From: an uncultured Gemmatimonadales bacterium
GTDB lineage: Bacteria > Gemmatimonadota > Gemmatimonadetes > Gemmatimonadales > GWC2-71-9
Reading direction: 5' to 3'
Length of the DNA stretch: 64,000 nt
NCBI GenBank assembly: GCA_963844035.1
Contig: CAWJMT010000005.1
Coordinates: 96,001-160,000 of the forward strand
Made by a program: the position numbers and the translations under genes. Numbering within the stretch: position 1 is the first letter of the stretch; every line of letters starts with the position of its first letter. Positions 34,013-44,298 of this stretch are shown here, piece by piece. Below the pieces are notes generated by a model. The model searched no databases. It was not told the DNA's origin and saw only the letters and a program-made list of their open reading frames with translations.

Positions 34013-35582
34013 GCGCGCGGGCCGGCGTCCCGCACGGCTGCCGGCGCCGCGATGTGCTCGAAGTTCTCCCGGAACAGGTGCGCCACGCGCGCCGCCTGCG
34101 CGTCGTAGGCCGCAGGGTCCGTCCACGTGCGCCGCGGATCCAGCATCTCGGCGGGCACCCCCGGGACCGCGCGTGGGATCGCGAGCCCAAAGACGGGCTC
34201 CGGCACCGTCGGCGTGCCTTCGAGCGCTCCCGACACGGCGGCGCGCACGATGGCGCGGGTCAGCTCGAGCGGAATGCGCTTACCCACACCGTAGGGACCG
34301 CCGGTCCAGCCGGTGTTCACGAGCCAGATCGCTCACGCCGTGCCGGGCGACCTTGTCGCCCAGCATGTTCGCGTACACCATCGCGTCGAGCGGCAGAAAC
34401 GGGGCGCCAAAGCAGGTGGAGAACGTGGCGGCCGGCTCGGTCACGCCCGCGCTCGGTCCCCGCGATCTTGGCCGTGTACCCGGACAGGAAGTGGTACAGG
34501 GTCTGATCGCTCGACAGGCGCGCGACGGGCGGCATGACACCGTACGCGTCGCACGTCAGGAACACGATCGGAGGACGGGTGACCGGCCATGCCGCTCGCC
34601 ACATGGTTCGGGACCACGTCGAGCGGGTACGCACGCGCGCGTGTTCTCCGTGATGGCGGCGGAGTCGAAGTCCACCGCGCCGGTCGCGGGATCCACGACG
34701 ACGTTCTCGAGCACGGTCCCGAAGATCCTGGCGGCCGCGTAGATCGTGGGCTCGCGCGTGGGCGAGAGCCCGATCGCCTTGGCGTAGCAGCCGCCCTCGA
34801 AATTGAACACGCCCTGGTCGCTCCAGCCGTGCTCGTCATCGCCGATCAGGGCACGCTCCGGATCGGTGGAGAGCGTGGTCTTGCCGGTTCCGGAGAGTCC
34901 GAAGAACAGCGCCACGTCCCCTCCGGTCCCGCGCGTGGCCGCGCAGTGCATCGGCAGCACGCCGTGGGCTGGGAGCAGGTAGTTGAGTGTCGTGAACACC
35001 GCCTTCTTCAATTCCCCCGCGTAGCGGGTTCCGCCGATCAGGATCGTGTGCGCGGCGAAGTGGATGACCACAAAGGTGCCGGACCTGGTGCCGTGCCGCG
35101 CTGGATCGGCCTGCAGCTCCGGCGCGTGAAGAATGTGCCACTCAGGCGTGAACGTCGGGAGGTCGGCGGCAGCCGGGCGGCGCAACATGTTGGACACGAA
35201 CAGCGCGTGCCAGGCGTTCGGGGTCACGAGCCGAATCGCGGTGCGGTACCGCGGGTCCACGCCGGCGAATACGTCGAGCACGAACAGCTCCTGTCCGTTC
35301 AGGTGCCGCACCACGTGCTCGCGCAGCCGCGCGAAGTGGTCCGGGCGCCATCGGCTGATTCACCGGACTCCAGTGCACGCGCTCGTTCGACTCGGGGTCG
35401 CGCACGATGAACTTGTCGCCGGGGCTGCGGCCGGTGTGAGGCGCGGTCACGACGCAGAGGGCTCCGTCCTCCGCAACCACGCCCTCGCCGCGACGCACCG
35501 CGTGAGCGTGCAGCTCGGCGGCCGCTTCGTTCCAGTGAAGCGCCCCCCGGGGTGCGAGTCCGGCGTCGAGGAGCGACGTCAT
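34009..35582 (-). CDS. pckA: Phosphoenolpyruvate carboxykinase (ATP) (frameshifted)
   Basis: [61 protein letters not shown]. Confidence 0.95.
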
Positions 35583-36239
35583 TGTGGCGGCGGCGCCACT
35601 GTTGCGGCGGTGTGATAGAGGACTTCCACGGTGCGGCGGTCGGCGCTGCTCGGGGCGTAGACCGTCGGCGTCTGGTTCATGATGTCGAGCGGGGCCGGGC
35701 TGTGCTTGAGCAACCCGAGTGCATGGCCAAGCTCGTGCACCGCCACGCGTTGCAGGCAGGCGGCGACCTGGGCCGGGGTATAGCCCGCGAGCGTGCCCAG
35801 GGTCACCCGGACCGCCCGTCCGGGGCGCCGAACCGCTCACCCACGACGGGTAGTCGGTTGGCCCGGCGCAGGCCGTGACCGGCGGACCGGGATCGGGCGG
35901 CACGTCTGGAGGGACCCACTCGCCCACTGCACGATCACGTCCGCCTGGCTCGAGTCGGTACACCGCCACTCCGCCGCAACTCGCCGTACAGGAACTGTGC
36001 CTCCCACGCCTCAATACCCAGCGTCACGAGCGATGGGCATCGCGCCCTCGCGGGTCGGCGTAGAAGCGCACGGGCAGCGCCGTGGCGGGCCAGTGGAACA
36101 CGAGGATGTCGGGCGGGACGGTGTCGGCAAAGTCGTAGGTGCATCCCGGACAATCGCGCACCGGGGTGGACGGGCTCGCAGCGGCCGCGACCACGGCGGC
36201 GCCGAGCAGGATCGCGGCTACGCGGCACGCCCGGGTCAT
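35579..36239 (-). CDS. Secreted matrixin-like zinc metalloprotease (frameshifted)
   Basis: Signal peptide; HELGHALGLLKHS...DIM Met-turn. Confidence 0.75.
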
Positions 36240-36860
36240 TGGCCCGCGCGTCCGTGCGCGCGCACGGTGAGCGCCACGCGGTGGACGGTCTGAGAGGACG
36301 TCGAATCCCTCGTCGCGCAGGGCGGGCGTCGTGAAGCCATGGATGTCGTAGCGGAGCTTCGACGGCGCATCCGAACCGCCTGCCGACCGGCAGCGTGTGG
36401 GCGAGTGCGAGCGTTCCGAGGCCCGCGAGGATCCGCTTCCCAGGCGGAACAGGCCGGTCTCCTCGGCCGGGAAGTACTTGATCCCGCCGACGCCGATCCA
36501 GGTGGAGAAGCCCCGCGGGCAGCGCGCGCTCCAGGCCGACGGTGAATGCCGCGGTGCTCACCCGGCCGAGTGCGACGCTCGAGCCGTCGGCCTCATGCCG
36601 CTGGAGCTCGCCACTCGAAAAATCGACGGCGACACGCGCGGCCCAACTGCTGTCGAGCGGCACGACCAGCGCGACTGCGACGACGGGGGCGAGGGCGGGG
36701 CGTACGTCGAACGGCGTCACGATCGAATCGTGCACCAAGCGCGGTGCTGTAGCGCGCACCGGCGGAGATCTCCACCATCAAGTTGGCCGGTCCCCGGCCT
36801 CGGCGCGAACGCGCAGAGCGCCGCGACGAGCAGGACCACCGCGTTCCTGCGGCGTAACAA
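36236..36860 (-). CDS. Hypothetical exported, probable beta-barrel protein (frameshifted)
   Basis: TTG with AGAGGA RBS; signal-like AVVLLVAALCA; alternating beta-strand segments; stop overlaps next ATG. Confidence 0.5.
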
Positions 36861-36864
36861 TCCT

Positions 36865-37699
36865 CTACGTCCTCCTCACGACCACGAATCCGCTCACGAC
36901 GGCCAGCAGCAACCCGCACGCACACACGATCGCCGCGCCCGTCGGCAAATCTAGCCGGTACGACGCCCACAGTCCCAGCAAGCTCGCGGCCGTCGCGATC
37001 CCGAACCCGATCAGCAGCCGTCCCATCCACCGTTGCGCCAGCATGACCCCGCACACGGCGGGCACGATCAGGTACGCAAACGTGAGCAGGACGCCCGCGA
37101 TCGCGCACGAAACTCACGACCACCAGCGCAAACGCGGCGTAGAACAGGAAGTCCCACAGCCGCACGTGCAGCCCTTGCTGGTACGCCTGCTGGTGGTCGG
37201 ACGAAATCAGGGCGAAGCGGCGGTGGAAGGCGCCGAAGAACGCGGCCAGCACCGCGAAGAGGGCGGCACGCTGGCCGACTTCGGCGCCGGTCACGTTGAG
37301 AATATCGCCGGTCAGGAGGTGCTCGAGCTCCTCCTTGCCCCCGGCGACCCGGCTCAGCAGCAGGATCACCCCGGCGGCGGCGACCACGAACGTGATGCCG
37401 ATGATCGCCTCCTGCGGGACCTGGTGCTTCTCGCTGCTCCGGGACCAGCTGAAGAGCGCCGCCGCGGCAAACGTCACGCCGAGCGAAATCCAGAACGTGA
37501 TGCGATCATCGAAGTGGTACCCCAGGATCAGCGCGACGCAGGTACCCAGCGTGGCCACCTGGGCGAGCGCGAGGTCCACAAAGATCACTTCGCGCTTCAC
37601 CACGTGCAGGCCGAGATAGACCAGCAGGGGCGGCAGGATCAGGCACGCCGCCAACGGCCACTTCATCACCGCCCAGACGACTTGGAAGTCCACGGGCAT
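36865..37699 (-). CDS. Metal ABC transporter permease (ZnuB/MntB-like) (frameshifted)
   Basis: YLGLHVVKREVIFVDLALAQ, EAIIG, LTGDIL, DLPTGAAIV. Confidence 0.88.
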
Positions 37700-38628
37700 C
37701 ACTTGGTCCCTCCCAGGGCGGCCGCCAGGGTGCGCACGATGTAGTCCATCAGGTCGAAGTAGGTCTCGGTGCCCGGGATGGCGCCGGGCTGCTGCGGAAT
37801 GTCCAGGACCTGCGCGTCGGTCTGCCGCGCCACCGTTTCCGCGGTCTTGCGATTCTGGAATGGTTGCACGAGGATCACCCGCGCCTTTTCGGCCTTCATC
37901 TTCGCGATCACCTTCGCCAGATGCGGCGGGCGACGGCGCGATGCCCGGCTTTGGCTCGAGCGTCTCGACGATCTCCAGGTTGAACCGCTCCGCGAGGTAG
38001 ACGAAGTCCTTGTGGTAGGTGACGATCTTCGCCCCACGATACGGAGCCAGCTGCTTTTGCCAGTCCGCGAGCTTCGCGTCGAGCGTCGCGTTGAACGTCT
38101 GGAGGTTGGCCTTGAACAAGCTCGGCGTCTGCCGGATCCACCTGGGCAAGGTGGTCGGCAATCTGGCGGACGATCAGCTTGACGTTGACCGGGTCGATCA
38201 GGAAGTGCGGATTGCCGAGCGCGTGCACGTCGCCCATGGAGCGGTCCAGCGTGCTTGGCACTTCGAGCAACGTCACTCCTTGGGACGCGGAGATCCGTCC
38301 CGGCGCGCCGGCGGCGATCTTGTCGTTGCGCGCGCTCTCGAGCAGCGGCGGCAGCCAGCCGATCTCGAGCTCCGCGCCGCCCTCGATCAGCACATCGGCG
38401 CGGTTCAGCGTCACGATGTGGCTGGGCTTGGCGTCCACGAAATGCGGATCTTCGGTGGGTTTGGCGAGCGCTTTGACGTCGACGGCACTCCCGCCGATGG
38501 CGCGGGCCAGCGCGGCCAGGTCGGGCGTCGTGGCGACCACGTTGAGTTGGCGCGCGGGGGGCGTACTCGCACCCAGCGATGCCATCAGCGAGACGGCCGT
38601 GCAGGTCCGCAGGATCCATGATGGTCAT
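37699..38628 (-). CDS. Metal ABC transporter substrate-binding protein (TroA/ZnuA-like) (frameshifted)
   Basis: VVATTPDL, EDPHFVDAKPS, GDVHALGNPHF, VTYHKDF, EPKPGI. Confidence 0.9.
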   Translation of the reverse strand: MTIMDPADLHGRLADGIAGCEYAPRAPTQRGRHDARPGRAGPRHRRECRRRQSARQTHRRSAFRGRQAQPHRDAEPRRCADRGRRGARDRLAAAAARERAQRQDRRRRAGTDLRVPRSDVARSAKHAGPLHGRRARARQSALPDRPGQRQADRPPDCRPPCPGGSGRRRACSRPTSRRSTRRSTRSSRTGKSSWLRIVGRRSSPTTRTSSTSRSGSTWRSSRRSSQSRASRRRPPHLAKVIAKMKAEKARVILVQPFQNRKTAETVARQTDAQVLDIPQQPGAIPGTETYFDLMDYIVRTLAAALGGTK

Positions 38629-38643
38629 GGGAGGTTCTCGCCT

Positions 38644-39855
38644 CTAGAACTTGTGAGCGGCGTGTGCGCCGAGGAGGAACTCGATTTGCAGCCAGACCGA
38701 GTGGTCGACGCCGAGTCCCTCGCGATGGTCGAGGTTGTACTGCAGCCGCACTTTCGAGAACTCGCTCGGATACCAGGTCACGTTGGGCGACACGCGATAG
38801 CGGTCGGCGCGCAGCTCCGAGTCGAAAGAGGCGGTGTCGCCGCCCGCGAACTCCCCCCGCAGACCCTGCCACGAGCAGCGGCTTGATTCCCCACAGGACC
38901 TGCGCGTATGCACCGCCGTCACGCAGCGTCTCCTCGGGCAGCGTGACGATGGGATCGGCGGCCGACGGGCGCTGCTGCCGCGTCATAGCGGCGCGTGAGC
39001 GCCTCGGCTTGAAATGAGACGAAGGGGAATCCCTGATGCGCTTTCAGGGACTTCCATTTCCAGTACAGGTCGGCGCCGTACACCTGCGTTCCGGCATCGG
39101 GCCCGGAGTTGTTGGGGCCGAACGCTCCGGAGACTCCCATCACCAGGGTCTGCGTGGCGGTCACATCGAACGAGGTCGCGAGGCGCGGGACGATCAGCAG
39201 GTCGCCCACCGAGCGTACCGCGCGCTCGATCGGCTCACCGCCGTGGATCTCCTCCGATTCGTCCGACCGAAAGCTGTACGCCGTTCCGCCGGCGCTGTTG
39301 AACACGCCGACCATCGCCTCGGCGTACCACGGGGTGGGCGCGAGCCAGGACACCCGCATCCCTGGCTGCGCAGTCCCTCGGGGCCGAACATGCGATTGAG
39401 GACGAGCGGCTGGTCTGCAAACGCCCAGGCGTGGGGGTGCTGGGCGTTCTGGCGGCCGAACTCCGCAAAGAATTGGCCGCCCTTGAGCTGCAGGTTCGCC
39501 GGGGAGCGAGGTGGTCAGGAAATACATCTCTTCCAGCTCGACACCCGTTTCCCCTTTGTCATCCAGCTTGTAGACGATGTTGGCGAATCCCTTGAAGTGG
39601 GAGTCGACGGTACCGTCGAGCGCGAGCTCGCCGTTGGGGATCGAAAAGCCGCGCACCTTTGGGTCGTGGTCGCCGAGCTGCAGCGAGCCCACATCGGGCT
39701 CGGTCGACCAGCCGACGTCCGCCAGCCCGACGAAGCTGAGGTTCATGTAGGACCCGGCAGCACGGCCCGGAGCGGTGCGGCTGCTGCGCGACGGCCGCAC
39801 CCGCAGCACACAAGGCTACTGCCACCAGGATGGCGACGTAGGAAACGGGAGACAT
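38644..39855 (-). CDS. Outer-membrane beta-barrel metal uptake protein with C-terminal GAHAAHKF (frameshifted)
   Basis: Signal peptide; GDHDP...GF, ELEEMY, PSEFSKVRLQY, WLQIEFLLGAHAAHKF. Confidence 0.75.
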
Positions 39856-39926
39856 GTCATCTCTCCTGTGTTCGCGATGTATGAGCATCCGCCCCCGCTC
39901 GTTCCGAGCAGCGGTGGCGCGCGATG

Positions 39927-39950
39927 TCGGGACCCCGCGCGGGGCCCCGA
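39927..39950 (-). promoter_or_regulatory. GC-rich hairpin just downstream of the leader ORF
   Basis: Minus strand TCGGGGCCCC-GCGC-GGGGTCCCGA (10-bp stem, one G-U), 6 nt after the leader stop; no U tract. Confidence 0.55.
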
Positions 39951-39956
39951 GGTTGA

Positions 39957-40288
39957 CTAGGAGAGGTGGAGCGGTGGGGCGCGGGGCTGGGAGGCGACGT
40001 AGGTCGCGCTGCCCATCCCAACGTGTTGCAGCCAGCGGCGCGGGGTGCGCCGGGACCGATGCCCGCAGGGCGACCTTCAAAGGCCGGCGGGGGCGCCGTG
40101 AGCGAGTTGGCGTAGAGACACAGCGCGCAGCGCATCGCGTCGTGGATGACGACGCAGCTCGCATCGTGGTGCGCTTCGATGGTCGTCGGCGCGGTCTCGC
40201 GCTCTCCGGCGTGCGCCAACGGCACCGCCCCGCCCGCTACGAGCTGCAGCAACAGCAGCAGGGCGGAGATGGGAGTCCGGATTGGCAT
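39957..40288 (-). CDS. DUF2946/CruR-like leader protein with His/CxxC motifs and C-terminal RAPP (one indel)
   Basis: Hydrophobic N-terminus, AHHDASCVVIHDAMRCALC; the -1 frame ends TYVASQPRAPPLHLS-TAG; span 332 nt, one base short of a full frame. Confidence 0.72.
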
Positions 40289-40294
40289 CAGTCG

Positions 40295-40324
40295 ATCATT
40301 GCTCTTGACGGTCGTCCTTGTCAA
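40295..40324 (-). promoter_or_regulatory. Sigma70-like promoter for a leaderless transcript, overlapped by TTGAC-N10-GTCAA
   Basis: TTGACA (40324-40319), 18 nt, AATGAT (40300-40295), 6 nt, ATG (40288); palindrome 40305-40324. Confidence 0.5.
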
Positions 40325-41205
40325 CGGGCGTTCACGCGCGCCGGGCGCGCGTAGGCACGCAGTCTCCTGAGCATGCGCCGGTCATGCCGCACCGGATCGT
40401 CCGCCTTCGGGGTCTCGATGATCTTGATGACCGAGGCGAGCCGGGGGTCGCGCATGATGCGGCGAAATGCCGCCGCGCCGATTTGCCCCTCGGCGATCCA
40501 CTCATGCCGGTCGAGGTGCGACCCCGGAGCCGCCTTGGAATCGTTCAAATGGAGACACTTGAGATGCGACAGGCCGATCTCGCGGTCGACCCGATCCCAC
40601 ACCCCCTCGACATCACCGGCCACATCATACCCCGCGGCGTGCAGATGAGCCGTGTCGAGGCAGAACCCCACGCGTGCGCGTACCGCGGCGGGCAGGGCAT
40701 CGCGCAGTGCCCGCAGCTCCTCGAACGTCGCTCCCAGGGCGGTCCCGGCGCCGGCCGTACCTTCGATCAGCACACCGACGTCGCCGGGCACGGCCGCGAG
40801 GCAGGCCGCGTATTCCCGCGCGTTCCGATCCAATCCCGCCGCGCGCTCGTCCATGAAGTTGCCGGGATGCGATACCACCCAGGGGATGCCGAGCGCCAGG
40901 CACCGGCTCAGCTCGCCGACGAAACATTGGGCGCTGCGCGCGCGCAGCACGGGGTCGGGCGAGGCGAGGTTGATCAGATAGCTGTCGTGCGACACGACGG
41001 CGTGCACGCCGCTCCGGGCGAGCGCCGCGCGGTACTCGGCGACGTGCGCCGCCGTGAGCGTCGGCTCGCGCCACTGGTTGGGTGTCTTGGTGAAGATCTG
41101 CATCGCGGTCGCGCCGATCGCCGCTGCGCGAGGAGGGGCGGTGGCCACGCCCCCCATGGTCGATACATGTGCACCGAGCAGGTCGGCGTGGCGCCGCCGG
41201 GTCAT
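40321..41205 (-). CDS. nfo: Endonuclease IV
   Basis: LGAHVS, QIFTK, HDSYLINLAS, HPG, CLDTAH, HLNDSK, DRHE, IIETP. Confidence 0.95.
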   Translation of the reverse strand: MTRRRHADLLGAHVSTMGGVATAPPRAAAIGATAMQIFTKTPNQWREPTLTAAHVAEYRAALARSGVHAVVSHDSYLINLASPDPVLRARSAQCFVGELSRCLALGIPWVVSHPGNFMDERAAGLDRNAREYAACLAAVPGDVGVLIEGTAGAGTALGATFEELRALRDALPAAVRARVGFCLDTAHLHAAGYDVAGDVEGVWDRVDREIGLSHLKCLHLNDSKAAPGSHLDRHEWIAEGQIGAAAFRRIMRDPRLASVIKIIETPKADDPVRHDRRMLRRLRAYARPARVNAR

Positions 41206-41870
41206 TCTTGCTCGACGAATGCGTGGCGCGAGATGAGGGGCACGAACCGCACGCTCCCGGCGCTCCGCTCCTGCACCCCCTCGACGGTGCGGCGGTAGAC
41301 CACCAGGTCCTGCGCGCGGCGATCGCCGATCGGAATGACCATCCTGCCGCCGATGGCGAGCTGCTCCAGGAGCGGCGCCGGGGTTGCGGGTGCGGCGGCG
41401 GTGACGACGATGACGTCGAACGGTCCGGCATCCGGCCACCCGTGCGCGCCGTCCCCCAGCCGGGTCTCAATGTTGGTCAGTCCCAGCCGACGGAACCGCT
41501 CCTCGGCCTCCACCAGGAGGTCCGGGAGCCGCTCGATCGTGTACACGCGCCCCCCGGACGCCAGGCGGGCGAGAATGGCGGTCTGGTATCCCGTGCCGGT
41601 GCCGATCTCGAGGACGCGGTCGCGGCGTCGCGGGGCGACCCACGCGGTCATCAAGCCGACGATGTACGGTTGCGAGATCGTCTGCCCGCTCCCGATCGGG
41701 AGCGGGGTATCGGCGTACGCCTCGTGCTGCAAGTACGGGGGGAGGAACCACTCGCGCGGCACACGGGCCATGACGGCGAGTACGCGCCGGTTGCGAATTC
41801 TGCGCTTTGCGAGTTGCGTCACCACCATACGGCGGCGGTGCGCCCGTGTTTCCGGTGCGTGCACGCCCAT
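41202..41870 (-). CDS. pcm: Protein-L-isoaspartate O-methyltransferase
   Basis: GQTISQPY, VLEIGTGTGY, GPFDVIVVTAA, VRFVPL. Confidence 0.95.
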   Translation of the reverse strand: MGVHAPETRAHRRRMVVTQLAKRRIRNRRVLAVMARVPREWFLPPYLQHEAYADTPLPIGSGQTISQPYIVGLMTAWVAPRRRDRVLEIGTGTGYQTAILARLASGGRVYTIERLPDLLVEAEERFRRLGLTNIETRLGDGAHGWPDAGPFDVIVVTAAAPATPAPLLEQLAIGGRMVIPIGDRRAQDLVVYRRTVEGVQERSAGSVRFVPLISRHAFVEQE

Positions 41871-41876
41871 CCTTGA

Positions 41877-41930
41877 AGGTGTGAGGTGTTAGGTGTCAGG
41901 TGTCAGAAATTCCCTGGCACCTGACACCTG
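41877..41930. repeat. Inverted heptamer repeat (AGGTGTN / CTGACAC)
   Basis: Four units 41877-41906, complementary units 41914-41930; further partial copy at 42369-42381. Confidence 0.85.
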
Positions 41931-41934
41931 TCTT

Positions 41935-42342
41935 TCAATTGCCGTTGCATCCGCGTTGCTCGGGGTGGTCACTGCAATCGCCACTTCCGCCCGGTAGCGG
42001 GGCCTGGGCACGACTTTGGCCGGTGCCTGAGACCGTGTACAGGACTCCGGCGAAGCCGACGACGAGACCGGCCGCCAGCAGCATCGTGCGTCCCGGAGCC
42101 GACTCGCGGACGTGCAGGTGCCGGATCTCTGCGGTCGGCAACTTCGTACGCTGGCTGCCGACGTACCCCACCAACGTGTCTCGCACCACCCTCGGCTCAT
42201 ACAGGAGGACGACGGAGTGGTCACTCTGCGTCACCCAAATACACTCAGGTGCTTGCTCCGGGATCTGTTGCAGGGTACGGGGCTTCATGGTCGTGCACGC
42301 AGTGCAACAGAGGAGTACCGCGGGGCCGATCAGTGGACGCAT
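41935..42342 (-). CDS. Hypothetical lipoprotein
   Basis: GGAG RBS; MRPLIGPAVLLCCTAC lipobox; second hydrophobic helix near the C-terminus. Confidence 0.65.
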   Translation of the reverse strand: MRPLIGPAVLLCCTACTTMKPRTLQQIPEQAPECIWVTQSDHSVVLLYEPRVVRDTLVGYVGSQRTKLPTAEIRHLHVRESAPGRTMLLAAGLVVGFAGVLYTVSGTGQSRAQAPLPGGSGDCSDHPEQRGCNGN

Positions 42343-42384
42343 GTTCTCAAGTATACCGCAACTCCGCGCACCTGACACCTGCTG

Positions 42385-43498
42385 CTAATCCAGCGTCTTA
42401 TGGAACCGTCGCACCGCCACCACAATGAGCAGCCCCGCGAACGCGCCGAGTATCCCCACCTCCCGCCACAACGCATCGAGCCCCACCCCCTTTAAGAGGA
42501 TGCCACGCAACACCGTCAGGAAATGGGTCAGCGGGAGCATGAACCCCACCCACTGAAACAGCGACGGCATCGCCTGCCGCGGGAACATGAAGCCTGAGAG
42601 CAGGATGTTCGGGCAGGACGAAGAAGAAGCTCACCTGCATGGCTTGTTGCTGGGTGCGCACCAGGGTCGAGATCACGAGCCCCAACGCGAGGCTCGCGAT
42701 AATGAACAGCAGCGCGATCGCGTACAGCAGCAGCACGTTGCCCGTGAGGGGGACGTCGAACACGTAGCGGCCGATGATCAGCACCGCGGTCATCTGGAAC
42801 AAGCCGACCCCCACATACGGGGCGATCTTGCCGAGCATCAGCTCGGTGCGGGTGATCGGTGTGACGATGAGCTGCTCCAGCGTGCCGCGCTCACGCTCGC
42901 GCACGACCGCCATGGCCGTCACGAGCACCATCGTGAGCGTGAGGATGACTCCCACCAGACCGGGGACGATGTAGTTGGGGCTGCGCAGTCCCGGGTTGTA
43001 GAGCGGGCGCACGCGGGCATCGATCGGGATGCTGGTGCGACCCGCGGCCGCGCTCAGAATCGCGAGGTTGCGGACCTGCGCCACGCCGGCCGCGGCCGCG
43101 ATCGCCGACTGCGACGATAAGGGATCGGCGGCGTCGACCACGACCTGCACGGTGGCGGCCTCGCGGCGGGCCAGCCGCCGGGGATAGTCGTAGGGGACGA
43201 TGATGCCGGCCTGAGCGTCGCCGCGCGCGATCGCCCGATCCAGCTCCGGCCGCTCGTCCACGAACCCCACAATGCGGAAGTTGCCGGTGTTCTCGAACGC
43301 CCGCACGAGATCCCGGCTCTCGGGCGTACGCGATTGGTCGAGCACCAGCGTCGGCAGGTGGCGGACGTCGGTCTGGATGGCGAAGCCGAACAGCAAGAGC
43401 TGGGCGACGGGGAGGGCGGTCATGATCATGAGCGTGAGCCGGTCCCGCCGCATCTGGATGAATTCCTTGCGGAACATCGGCCAGAAGCGGGGCATCAT
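42385..43498 (-). CDS. ABC-2 type exporter permease (frameshift near 42610)
   Basis: KEFIQMRRD, VVRERERGTLEQLIVTP, LPLTHF. Confidence 0.9.
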
Positions 43499-43551
43499 CG
43501 CTCGGGGCGTTCCAACTCTTGGTGCCATGTGCATCGGACCCGTATCCTCAT

Positions 43552-44298
43552 CTAGTTGGAACGCCCCTCGCTGCGCTCCTGCAGAATGATGAACGCGTCC
43601 TCGAGCGTCTTCCCGCCCACCTGCGCCGCGACCTCGGCGGGTGTCCCCATCGCGATCAGGTGCCCTGCGCTCAGCATGGCCAGGCGGGTGCAGCGCTCCG
43701 CCTCGTCCATGTAGTGGGTCGTGACGAGCACCGTCGTGCCCTGCTGCGTCAGGTCGTAGATCGCCTGCCAGAACTTCCGCCGCGCGGCGGGATCGACGCC
43801 GGCCGTGGGCTCATCGAGGAACAGCACCGGCGGCTTGATGGATCAGAGCGCAGGCCAGCGCCAAGCGCTGCTTCCAGCCGCCCGACAGCTGGCCCACGAG
43901 CTGTCCCAGGCGCTCGCCCAATCCGAGGAACGCGATCACCTCCGCCAGGCGGCCGGTTTCGACTTTGCCGCTCACACCGTAGATCCCGGCATAGAACTCG
44001 AGGTTCTCGGCGACGGTGAGATCTTCGTACAGGCCGAAACGCTGCGACATGTAGCCGATGTGCTGCCGGACCTGCTCGGGCGCCTGCGCGACATCGATGC
44101 CCGCCACGGTCGCCGACCCCTCGGACGGTTCGAGCAGACCGCACAGCATGCGGATCGCCGTCGTCTTGCCGGATCCGTTCGGGCCCGAGCAGGCCGAACA
44201 CCTCGCCGCGCTCGATGTCGCAGGTTGAGATGCTGCACGGCGGTGAGCGCGCCGAAGCGGCGCGTGAGGTCGTGCGTCTCGATCGCGCTTGGCGTCAC
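43552..44298 (-). CDS. ABC transporter ATP-binding protein (frameshifted)
   Basis: FGLLGPNGSGKTT (split), GYMSQRFGLY, LSGGWKQR, FLDEPT, VTTH. Confidence 0.9.
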
